Below are positions 22,824 to 34,365 of a stretch of DNA of 64,000 bases, piece after piece. Origin of the DNA: Pelomyxa schiedti (Eukaryota > Protista > Evosea); NCBI GenBank assembly GCA_020536535.1, contig JAHLWZ010000862.1, positions 5,101 to 69,100 on the forward strand, in the 5' to 3' direction. Under the pieces are notes generated by a model, which was not told the origin of the DNA, searched no databases, and was given only the letters and a program-made list of their open reading frames with translations. Numbering within the stretch: position 1 is the first letter of the stretch; the number at the start of each line of letters is the position of its first letter. A program made the position numbers and the translations under genes.

Positions 22824-24284
22824 GTGAGTACGGTAGTGGAAGAAGTGGCCATCGATGACTTCAATGACATGAACCTAAACGAAGAATTGTTGAGGTAAAA
22901 CAAGTTTTTTTGTACTTTTTTTTGAGGACTCATTGTTCTGTAGGGGAATATACAACTACGGCTTTGAGAAGCCCTCCATGATACAACAAAAAGCAATACA
23001 CCCTCTGTGTGAAGGCCGCGACGTAATTGCGCAAGCTCAATCTGGAACAGGCAAAACAGGCGCCTTTACTATTGGAGCTCTGCAAAGGGTGGACCCTAAT
23101 GCTGAAGGATGTCAAGCTCTCTTTCTATCCCCTACAAGGGAGCTTGCTAATCAGACGTACTCTGTATGTAATTATTGGCTTTTTTTCTTTGATACAAACC
23201 TTAATTTCGATGCAGGTCATTTCAGATATAGGCCAGAGACTACCTATTTCTTGTGCTTTGTTTATTGGAGGTCTTGGCATAAATGCAAGTGAAGCTCGGA
23301 ACTGTAAAGTGGCTGTAGGAACACCCGGCAGGGTATTTGACATGATATACCGAGGCTTCCTTGATCCGCGGACCATAAAAATTCTCATCTTGGATGAAGC
23401 TGATCAGCTCTTGGACAGGTTTTTTGGCCTTAAGAAATCCCCCTAGTAATTATTTCACAGGAACTTCAAAGAGCAGCTCTATGATATTTTCCAAGCTCTC
23501 CCACGCCAAGTTCAGGTTGGGTTATTCTCGGCCACAATGCCGCCTGAAGCTATTGAGATAACCCACAAGTTCATGAACAATCCTGTACAAATTCTAGTCA
23601 AGGCCGAGGAATTGACTCTGGTGGGGATGAGGCAGTATTACATAGACGTTGAAAGAGAAGACGCAAGTGTGTAATAACGCGCCACTTAATATAATTAATC
23701 TCTAACTGTATGCCTAGAACTTGACACTCTTTGCGACTTGTATGACACCCTGAGTATCTCCCAATCAGTCATATTTGCAAATTCCTGCAGAAAAGTACAA
23801 TTCATTGCTGACCAGCTCCACCAGAGACACTTTACAGGTCAGTTTAATATCAACTCGCCATGCTGATTCAATATGGTAACCCAAATAACAGTGTCTTGCA
23901 CCCACAGCCAGCTGAGTCCAAAAGAGAGGATGTCAATTCTTAAAGACTTCAGGTCCGGCCATACGAGAGTCCTCATATCCACCGATGTTCTGGCAAGGGG
24001 AATAGATGTGCAACAAGTCTCCCTCGTCATCAACTATGACCTCCCCCTAGACCCTGAGACCTACATCCACAGGTAATACATTTATTACAATGACATGAAC
24101 ATTGAATTGTTGCATACAAGTCCCTAAACACACTCACAGGATTGGACGCAGTGCCAGGTTTGGCAGGAAAGGCGTAGCCGTGAACTTCGCAACAGCAAGA
24201 GAGGAAATCAAACTACACCAACTGGAGAAAATGTATGACACCTCCATCGTCCCTATGCCAACCAACATAGCTGATTTCCTGTAA
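22824..24284 (+). CDS. EIF4A: Divergent eIF4A-family DEAD-box RNA helicase; start codon uncertain
   Basis: Q motif [81 protein letters not shown]-terminal MPTNIADFL*. Confidence 0.92.
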
Positions 24285-25167
24285 ATACTTGAATAATAGT
24301 TAAAAATGCTGGCTTGAGTTTTAAGAAGAAAAAATGTGACGAGCTGTCAAGCGGGGTATCGGTGATCGTTGCGTTCGACTCAATTGGGTGGAAGATAGAC
24401 GAGGCATGGTGGGGTGGTTATTGGAGAAGGAGACTGAGGAAGAAGTGGCTGCGTATTTCGCAGGTAACACCAATTCATGAGGATCCAGAAGTAGAGGCAG
24501 TGGCGACTACAAGTACTCCCTCAGTGTGATTGTGGATGCGGAACACTTGTTTCAGGGACTTGGCACTTTGCTTGTGGGGATTTCGTTGAGTGCAGCAGCT
24601 TGCTTTCCGAGTGCGTTCTGCTTTACAGCCTCGAGGGAAGTTGCCTGTTGCTCGAGTGCTCGTAGTTTGGAACTGGGAAGATATTTGTGAAACGAAAGAA
24701 ATAAGCAAAAGGTGAATGTAACTTCATCTGGCTCGAGAGTGATTCAAATGTCAGCTCCACAATGGAGTCAAACATATCTAGGGGAAATTGCTTACAAAAA
24801 AATACCAAGAAAAAAGCTGCAGCTTTTTTGAGGACATCTTGGACGTCAATGTGTAAGGGCACTTGGAAGGGTGAATCACAGTTGGCTGCCTCCGCGTAGA
24901 ACAATGACACACAGCCAATAAGGACCAAAAATACTACCGAAACCTACAGTGGCAATATCCCACTCTCCATCCACTTCACACACTCTCATACACACAACAA
25001 TGGAAAACCCAAATGAAATCAGTTATTTAGAACCAGCAAAGAATTACCCCGTCAGCACAGATGTTCTTTGTTGTCGCTTAGCGGAAGCAGAAAAGAATGC
25101 ATCTGAATAAGACCGGGGAAAAAAACAATAAAAAGCATTAATTAACGCTGGCTGCCTACGAGCCAAA

Positions 25168-25925
25168 ATGGCCGGTGTAAGTCTTCCCGTGAGAATGGAG
25201 GGACCTGTAATTGTGGGATTCGGCCGAGGAAGTTCGCTACTGGGCTTCCCAACCGGTATTGTTTTTTCCTCTCCAATTGCCTTATTCCTTGTTGCACAAC
25301 CTCTAATGTAATATTTAATATTAGCCAATATACCTACCGAGCAATATGACCAATTATTACCTGACTTCAAAGTTGGAGTGTATTATGGATGGGCAACTCT
25401 TAACGGAGTTGTATGTTGTCCTTATTCGATAGTATTAACGAATCATTACATAGAGCATTAATTCTAGTCTCTGCGTCAAATAAACTAATGAGAACAGGAA
25501 CCTGTGTATGAAATGGCAATGAGTATTGGTTACAACCCGCACTTCAAAAATGAGAAGAAAACAATAGTGAGTTTCGTTTGCTCATCCTTCCATTGCCTCC
25601 ACGAGTCTCACTCAATTCCTTCTCTTGGTTACAGGAGGTGCACTTATTACATAAGTTTGAAGACAACTTCTATGGAGCACACTTAAGAATTGTTGTAGTT
25701 GGCTTCATCAGAGAGATGCGCAGCTATCCTTCTTTAGGCACATTGTATTCTGCAATTCTATTAAATTTTTTTGCCCTCTTACTCTTTCCAATCTCTAACA
25801 CTGGGGTTCTCCCTTCTCCAGCCGCTTTGAAAGACGCTATTGCCGAGGACTGTGCCAAAGCAACTGCTTCACTACAATCACAAGACTCAATTTCACTAAG
25901 AAACGACCCATTCCTGTTCGCCTAG
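25168..25925 (+). CDS. RFK: Riboflavin kinase (monofunctional, eukaryotic type)
   Basis: GPVIVGFGRGSSLLGFPT|AN, GVYYGWA, MSIGYNPHFKNEKKTI|EVHLLHKF..FYG, GFIREMRSY; four introns. Confidence 0.94.
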
Positions 25926-26016
25926 ATGAATATAAGATAAAACCACATCCACAAAAAAAATTCTTTTTTTTTTTTTTACATTGAATGGGTACAAGACAGA
26001 GGTCAATGCACCGTTT

Positions 26017-26942
26017 TCACCAACAAACCTCCCATTCTTTGCCATCTGTGGTTTGGTTAGTGAGATTAACTTCGGGGTTGTGTACCTTCTGGACCAAACT
26101 TTCCAAGCAAAAGTAAAAACAAATCGGTAATCCACCACACACCTTTGCTATAAGTTATTCATTGCACCTTATCTGAAGGAAGATACCAAGCCCGCCTAGG
26201 GTCAGCATCTATTTCGGTTATAAGTGGGATCAAATGGTAAATAGTTGTGCCTTGAATACACCATAGCCACAGTGCCCAAGATAAAAACGGTCAATACCCA
26301 AAAATCCCAGAAACAGAGATAAAACGATGGCCTGTGGAATAAACATTAACAGACAACAATTATTGGCTACGAAAATACAGGGACATTAAACACCCACAGT
26401 TGGAAACTGCTTATTTGAAAATCTTTTTAATGGTGAATTTCATAGGAAATGTGATGGATAGTGTTACCTCCTACATTCCCAGTTGCCCACAATGAAGATT
26501 CTGGGCCCAACACAGCCGATCCCCTCCAGCACCTGGCATGAGGCATTTGCATAAACGCCCTTTTTCACCAGTCAAATTGTGATGAAGAAGAAAGTGTACT
26601 CCACACCGGACCATATTTCTGGCATCCAAGATATGGCTCTTCGCTCTCCTCGGCGTTGCACATTAAAAACTCGAAAGGCCTTAACTCATAATTAGTCTGT
26701 CACAGCTTGCTAGCGGCCACTACGCACAGTTTAGTGCACAGCACATTGGGTGTGTTTACGTTGTATGTCTCATTGTCGCACATCAACAATGTGGTGTTGG
26801 TAGCATTGCCCCCAGCCACAAATGCACCAAGATCTGGGCAGTCTCAGTCAAACTCAACGACAACCCGGGGGCACAAGAAGAGAAAAAAAACACATGACGA
26901 CACCAAGATCGCCAGGACGCCCAACGGACGCACTCCCCCCAT
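26017..26942 (-). CDS. TM2-domain protein, TM2D2-like (signal peptide, Cys-rich ectodomain, two TM helices); missed by the ORF track
   Basis: Hand-spliced: MGGVRPLGVLAILVSS..VLCTKLPFEFLMC..YLGCQKYG..ASCQVLEGIGCVGPRIF..ECRRFSNKQFPTAIVLSLFLGFLGIDRFYLGHCGYGVFK|MLTLGGLGVWWITDLFLLLLGKFGPEDGKEWEVCW*; DRF and TLGGLG are TM2 signatures. Confidence 0.85.
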
Positions 26943-27031
26943 CAACTTGTTTTTTTTTTCTGTTTGTTTTCGGTGTCAAATCAACCAGTGGATGATGGCC
27001 GCGGGGTTTTTAATTTACACTTGCCAAGTCC

Positions 27032-29824
27032 TCACCAGAATTTAGGCACCAAAATAGCAGGGTCAAACACTGGAGGCACTCTGACAGGCATGCCAACTTG
27101 TTGTTCAAAGTGGTCAAAGGACTGATACAGGTACCCAGCACTGCGAATTGTAAACTCAGCTGACCACTTCTGCTGCGTGATTCTGGTCACTTTGGCGGCC
27201 TCTTCTGAGCGGGGAAAGCGGTGCTGCAGGAGTGCCAGGGGGCTGACATAGACCTTGAGCAGGGTGTATCGTTTGATGTCAAACTCGATCAGGTCATTCA
27301 GCGAAGTAAAGGTACAGTGGGCCTCTTCTATAAGATAAAGAATGGTGGAGACGTGGAAGAACTGCACCATGAACGGAAACGGTAGAACCAACTCGCGGGT
27401 CGTATTGAGGGAAGGATGTTTCTTCAAGAACGATTGTACACCCGAGGGAGGGTCATGGTGCTCTGCAAGATATAAGTATTTGAGAACTTCTGATGAGGGT
27501 AATGTTTCAAAGTCTGTATGGCTTTCAATCCACTGAACTGTTTTTTTGTTAGGACAAAATCCATTGGGAGGAACTTTACATAAAACGGAAGAAGACAGAG
27601 ACATCCGTAACAATTTGCGTCTACCGGCGTGTTGCATATAAATAAAGAAGTCTGGAACTTTGAGGCATAGAATATCGAGAACCTCCAGGGCGCTGTTGGT
27701 TGTACGAAATCCTGTCGCATCAAGAATGGCTTTAAAATCATCCTCTGTCATGCCTCTAACAGACGGCACAAAAAAATGTTCCACAATGTGCTGCAAAGGA
27801 GTTTTAGTGGTTGTGAGGGACATTACAATGTGTATTAATTCATTCCCTCGTGTCCAAATAGCCCTTGTTTAGAGATCAGTGGCAAGAAAAACTAGGGTTG
27901 TTACTTTGGATTCTCAAGTATCATGTGAAGCTCTTTCATTTCATAGAGTGAAAAAAGTTGCCGCAATACGGGGGTTATGTCCTGTGATATCCAGTCTTTT
28001 TCTTTAAGTTGATTGAACGGTAGGATTCTTGCGTCGTCGGACACGGAACGGCACAATATTGTCAAGAAATCTGGGATCTTTTCTGGGTGTGCAACAAAGA
28101 AGGAGCGAGAAACTATGGGCGACTGAACAGCGAAAAGTGTTGCTGTTTGCTGGAGTTCACCACTAAACCGGGTAGGGTCTGGTGGGCATTGGTCCGGAAG
28201 AAGTTGGAGTAAAGCTTCAGATGACAGCGCCGCCGCCTTTGGCAGAATGGAACTGCCTGCTGTGCTAATTAATTTCTGACACTCGCTTACCACTTGACGC
28301 CAAATCTGGTTTTGTCATCAAAAGTAGTGGGGAAGATAAATCACCTCAAAGGCTGTATTTCTGGTTATCATCTCGGAGAGCAATAGCTCGACACTTTGGC
28401 GCGACACAACCTTCAATAGGAGACTTGCAGGGAGTCCGACTTCTGTAGGAATATGGGACATTGGCATTGAAAGGAGTAGTCGGAGAGGTTCTGGTGAAGA
28501 ACACATCGCAGCACCAGCTATGCCTTGCTCGATGCACTTGGAGGATATTTTGCCTCTAGAAATGAATGCTTTGAGCTGCTCGAGATAGCCCTATGAAGCT
28601 AGGTCACACATGGACCCACGTAAGCGAACTGTACTTGGGCTGCAGAGCTCTCAAAACATCGCGGGGATATTTCCACTGGATAGGAATCTAACAACCAATC
28701 TTGTAGATGTCGGTCACCCCTATCAGTTGCTTGGAAAAACAGCTCTGCAACCTCCGCATAAGATTGAGTTACAGTGTCACCATAAGCACAGCACTCATAC
28801 CATTTTTGATGAAAGGTTGTAGTGTGCATTTAGTGTCCTTTTCATGCACCTGGGCGTTTCCCACATTTTCTATCACCAAATTCAGGAATATCGACAGAGA
28901 AAAGCAAAGCGAAGCAAAACGGAAAACAAATAAGGGAAAAGTGAGAAAACCAGGAGAAGAAAAAAGGGTTTCCGTGCTCCCTACCTGAACATCGATGTTA
29001 TGTGACCACACGACAGAAGTGCCCTTGGCCAAAACCTTCGCCGCCAACCTCGCGTTTTTTAGGCTGCACAGACACAAGCAAGTGTAGGGTTGTTTCCCGT
29101 CGGTAGTCCAGCCCTCATGGTGATCTCTGAATAAATGGCGGTTGTTGCAGTTTATCCCGGTAGGAGGCCACGTCAACGCCTCCCCAACGATCTGGAGCTC
29201 CTCCAAGATCCGCTCCAGGCCCGTTTCTGTTTGACTTGAGTTGCCTGCCGTTTTTTTTTTTCCCGTTTGGTTTCTCACTGTGTAGTGTTTTATTGGATTT
29301 TACGAGATTTTGACAAGGAAGCGAGATATGAGTCTTGGCACTGTGCGTTTCTCAACTAATCTTGTGCGTGTTGGTGTATCTCATTTAGCTCTTGTTGGGT
29401 TGCTGAATGGTGTGGCTTTTACTCTTTGGAGGCTTGCTTCTTGTTGGGTCCTTTCTGGGCTTTTCTACAACAGGTTTGACCTTTGTCGTTTTCACGGCCG
29501 TGTCGACGGCAACGTCCTCCACAACGTCGATAGCATCGTGAACACCTGCAGGTGGTTTGGTCCAAGGGACGGGGGAAAAAAAAAACGCAACAACCTAAAA
29601 ATTGCACATACACGAAACGCACAAGTACAAAAAAGCAGTAAACGGAAATTCAAAAAGAAACAAGAAAAGAGAAAGAAAAAAAAATAGGGGTGACTAGTAC
29701 CAGAGGCCACGATGCCCTTTGGTGTTTCCGTTGCGGGGTGCGTGTGTGTCGGCTGCGCGTGCCTCACTCCTCCGACCTTGGCGGCGGGCGAGTGCCCAGG
29801 AACCGTCGTCTCTTCATCCGTCAT
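27032..29824 (-). CDS. Hypothetical multi-exon protein; upstream exons tentative
   Basis: ORFs 27901-28293 and 27032-27823 join in frame through a phase-2 intron (ENPK|AIWTRGNELIHIVMSLT). Further protein-like exons lie at 28318-29278, with a GC-rich first exon MTDEETTVPG.. at 29824. No family recognised. Confidence 0.5.
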
Positions 29825-30041
29825 TCTTATCTTTTTTTTTTTTTTTTGTTCTTTTTTCGTGTTTTCTTCTTGTTTCGAAATTCGTCGGGCCAGTCTGGGC
29901 TGATGGGATCGTTCGATCCAGTGAGGGAGTGCATTCACCACGTTATGACTTGTGAAACTTGGCACGTGAATGAACTCCCCCACTCTGTTCCAAACATCAA
30001 GAGTGGATAAGAAGAAACTTCGGTTACCGTTTGGCAGTTTG

Positions 30042-33000
30042 ATGGGTGGTTCGCAGTCGCAGGAGGGTGCTGCACCCGTGCCCCCTCCGCCGCCCCCTCC
30101 CCCTCCAAACCAACTCCAAACCCCCGAGCCCCGTGCCCGCGACGTCCCCACGCCGCCCCCGCCGCCGCCTCCGCCTCCGCCTCCCCCGCCCCCTCTGTGC
30201 GGGGACCCCCCGTTCTGGTCGTACCCAGCGCCATACGCAGACCCCTACCCATGCACATACACCCCCGGGCCCCCGCCTCCGCCGGCTCCTCCTCCTCCTC
30301 CTCCTCCGCCGGCTCCTCCTCCTCCTCCTCCTCCTCCTCCTCCTCCTCCGCCGCCGCCGCCGCCGCCGCCGCCTATCCCTGGGCGGACATGGGGGGCGCG
30401 GGGCGGCCATGGGTACAAGTACCGCCTTGGGCTGCGCGACATACTCTGTTCTTGTGAAATAAGGGCTCATGTTCATGACCTGTGTGCAAATGTATGCATT
30501 GATTGATTGATTGATTGATTGGTTGGTTGATTGGTTGCTGTTGGCTGGTGATGAGTCTGGTGTATGTTAGTAGGAATAGCTTCAAACACATGAAAAGGTC
30601 CAGTTTGTTCAGACTTATATGAACGATACAGAAACTCCACTGGAAGCCATGTGTGCATTCAAATCTTTTTTCCTCTGTTGCCAAAAATCAATACGATTTA
30701 GTTACGAGTTCCCTCTCTCTACCGATTCCACCATTACTGAATTTATAGCTGATGTCAATGGGAAGAAAATTGTTGGGAAGGTACTCCAAATCTCTGAAAA
30801 AGCTCTTGTCCCAAGCTAATTATGTGCAACAGCTACAAGAAAAGCAGAAAGCAATAAATAAATATGATGATGCCCTGGTAGAAATTCCTTTTTCTACTAC
30901 GTTCTTAAAGACACTAGGCATCAGGACACGAGGCCATGCTTGGGGAGGTTAATGGTGCTACAAAAAAGGTCTTCAAGATTTCTGTTGGTAAATTGTTCCC
31001 AGATTTCCTTTCCCTCCCACAACTTCTCAGGAAACCTTGGACCCAAGGAAACTGCAAAGAGTAGTTCCAAAGTATTTCTCTTACACCTCCCTTATTTAAT
31101 TAGTATCAATCACAATGGCCACTGAACTGCCAACTTCCAAAGAAGAGACTTTACTTGTGCTCCCAGCATCAATGTTTCCGGCTAGGAGTGTTGAGTTAGT
31201 GATCGATGCCACAATTACACTCAGCCAGGAGATAAAATCTGTATTGTGCCGCACCTTCTCTGGTGTTAAGGAAAGCATGTTCTTGGTTTACCCATTCTAA
31301 GTCTTTTTAGGTTTCCGATACTGATTCCCCATATGTGAAGCTTATGCACTTCCAAACTGTTACTGGTTTCTTATTTGAAATATGTTTACCAACTGACCAC
31401 AAGAGCAGGACTACAAGGAAGAGATTTCGAAGTTGTGATTACACCAACCCATCCTTATGTTCCCTCGGCTATCTTAGAGATCTCCCCAGATAAAAAAACT
31501 CGTGCTGTAATGTTGTCATTTTTCCCGGAATGGTCAAACATTGATCCTGACCTGTATGACCCTGCTGGAGAAATTATATTCCTTATCGATAGGTTTGCTG
31601 TCGTCATATTTAAGATTTAATGTTAGATTAGGTCTGGGTCAATGGGTGGTTCTCCAATAAGAAGAGTAGGAGAAACAATGGAGTTATTTTTACGCAGTCT
31701 GCCTCAGAACTGCAAATTCAACGGTTTAAGTTCCCAGTGAAGAAGAGGGATTAAACTTCTATTAGTGGTTGGTTTTGGATCTTATTACGAGAAGCTATTT
31801 CCTACGAGTCAGTTGTACTCCTCCAGCAGTCTAGAAATTGCTGTGCGTCATGTGCGATCTCTCACTGCTGACCTTGGAGGGACTGGTTGGGTCTCAAATT
31901 TTTAGAAAGCTATGCTAAGTAAGTCACCATGCAGATTTGTATAAACCATTGGAAAACATCCTTTCTGAGCAATGTGATGACAATTACCCAAGGCAAGTAT
32001 TCATTCTCACAGACGGTGCTGTTGACGAGAAAGGACCTACCATTACCATCGCTCAAAAGAAATGCAAAAGAGTCAGAGGTCTGCATGATTCAACCCTATC
32101 ATTTGCAAATTCGCCCTTTAGTATTTACATTTGGGATTGGATCATCAGTAGACCAAGATCTCGTATGTAGGCTTGCACAAGCAGGCAAAGGCAGTGCTGT
32201 TTTTATTGAATCCCCATCTGATATTAAAGCGAATGTACAAATCTTTCCTTAATTGTTAAAGAAATGACAATTTATTTCAGGTTATGAAGCAACTTCAGGT
32301 AAGGACCTTATTGCCAAGCCTACTGATATTCTAATCTGGTACAAGAAAGCCTTAGAGCCAATGATGAGAAAACTGAATGTTGTTTGGCCAAATGGCTTCA
32401 AGCCCCTACAGGCTCCTCAAAGTTTGAGGCCAATTTTTAGTAAGGAACGGTTGATTGTGTATGCACTGCTTGAGTCTCTTCCTCAAGAGACTGGTGATGG
32501 AAAAACAAAACTGCCTAATTCTGCTATGGAAGTTGTACTAGAAGGGATAGGGCCAGATGGGAATTATCTGCAATTCCCTGTGACGTGGACACCAAGTTCC
32601 TTTCCTGTACCGCTCTAAGTTTATAATTCCTTTGCACAGATCAAGAAACTGTTGGGACTCTTGTGCATTCTCTGGCCGCAAAGAAATTAATCCAGTAACT
32701 GATTCATCTTCGAAAACTCAATGATAACATCTATTCAGTGAGTTGGAGGAGTCACCGACTCCCGAATCACGCAGTAAAATCCTTGAGCTCTCTTTGAAAT
32801 GGAACGTTGCCAGTAGTATGACAGCCTTTGTTGCAGTTAGCGATCGGTACTTATTCGTCTATTTTCGTCCACTCAACATTCCAAGATCTGAACCAGTGGA
32901 GGGTACCATGCAGACCGTCTCGGTTCCTCATGGACCTCAAACAGACCCAGCAACAAGTGTAAGTTCTACCATATGCTATTTCTTTTTAATGCAGTATTTC

Positions 33001-34031
33001 CCCAGCAACTTCTCGCAACAATCACCCACGGGATGTCTCTGAGGTCTACGCCGTCGCCAGCCACAACTGCCTCGCCATCGTCCTCACCTACCCAAACCCA
33101 GATATTAGGTAGCCTTTCACGCAGGCTTACTTTGCAAACTTCAGACGACGAAGACGACTCTGACGAGCCCTGGAGCGACGGCGACTCTGCCCCGCCGGCG
33201 AGACCTGCGGCTCCGGCCTCCCTGCCGCCACCACCTCCGCCACCACCAGCCGCATCCTTATCTCGCCCTTCGACCAGACACGACCCCCATGGTGGTTCTT
33301 CAGCCCCACCGCCGCCGCCGCCCCCGCCACCCGGATGCAGGGGCTATGGTGGCTCTCCCCCGCCGCCGCCGCCGCCGCCGCCTCCACCACCACCTGGTCC
33401 TCCGCCTCCGCCCACGTCCCGGCGTCCGTCGAAGCCTGGCCAGGCTGATGGTGGCTCTGGCTCGCGCCCGCCACCGCCGCCACCTCCTTTACATCACCCC
33501 TCGGCTCCTCGTCACCCACCGCCACCACCAGGGGGTGCTGAGGGTGCCTCGGGCTCGCCTATGCCTCCGCCTCCCCCTCCGCCGCCGCCACCGCCGCCGC
33601 CTGGTTTATCATTCGCTCCTCCTCCACCGCCTCCGGCCGCTTCTTCGTACTCGCCGCCGCCGCCGCCACCGACTTCCGGGGGCCGTTCGCAACCGAGTGC
33701 ATCGGGAATAGATGGAATCATCTGCCTACAGGAAATCGACGGGAGCTGGCTCAAAGCCAGTGCGATTTCGATTCTGGGGGCCGGGCCCTGCTCTTCCCTA
33801 CCCAGCGAACTACAACAGGCACTGACTCCACAGGAAAGCGAGCTTATTGCGACCATCTGGTGCACGGCTCTCGTGGTTTCCTGGGTGACCAGGACTTACT
33901 CTAGTGACCAAGTCACGTGGCAGCTAATTGTACAAAAGGCCCGGAAGTTCATAGCCATCACAAAACAACGATTACACGCACCAGCACAATTCGACATCTA
34001 CCAAGCAGCACACAGTGCATTATTCACATAG
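30042..34031 (+). CDS. VIT + vWA domain protein (VWA5A-like) with N-terminal MGGSQS and two polyproline blocks
   Basis: VIT: VQTYMNDTETPLEA..YEFPLSTDSTITEFIADVNGKKIVG..EKQKAINKYDDA. vWA: EIIFLIDRSGSMGG (DxSxS), LGGT, QVFILTDG, FTFGIGSSVDQDLVCRLAQAGKG. C-terminal IICLQEIDGSW..TALVVSW..WQLIVQKARKFI. Confidence 0.9.
30080..30375 (+). repeat. Coding (CCN)n polyproline tract 1
   Basis: Long ccg/cct/ccc runs read directly. Confidence 0.9.
30498..30536 (+). repeat. Intronic (ATTG/GTTG)n microsatellite
   Basis: attgattgattgattgattgattggttggttgattggttg directly after the GTATGC donor. Confidence 0.85.
33220..33670 (+). repeat. Coding (CCN)n polyproline tract 2 (several P6-P13 runs)
   Basis: Read directly in the last exon of the VIT-vWA gene. 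Confidence 0.9.
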
Positions 34032-34365
34032 CCTCTTTGCCAATGACAAACAACACAACCCTTTGTACTTCATGTGCAAACAAAGGAGAAAACGACTTTT
34101 CGTGTAACAACTTTCTTCGATGGAGGAAAGACTTCATTCCCATACAAGGAACCCGAGGAAATCGCCAGGTCCGCCTAAGGCAAACTACAAGCCGAAAAAG
34201 CCTGAACAATGGAAAAAGCAGACAGACTTTTCTAGTTGAATTTCTTGATCCCTCCCAGGAGAGAGTCTTCTTGAACTGTTTCTTCCAAAGCTTAAAAGCC
34301 CGAAAGAAACACAAAAAAAATAAACAAACAAACACCCACTCCTCAGAAGGGATTAATACACCACA

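Noticed and set aside
30024-30476. Poly-Arg, poly-Gly, poly-Leu and poly-Ser ORFs (also at 33127-33865)
   Set aside because: Alternative-frame and antisense shadows of the CCN polyproline tracts.
30621-30632. 12-nt match to U6 snRNA (GAACGATACAGA)
   Set aside because: The ACAGAGA box is incomplete, the flanks do not match, and the sequence is coding (MNDTET) in the VIT domain.
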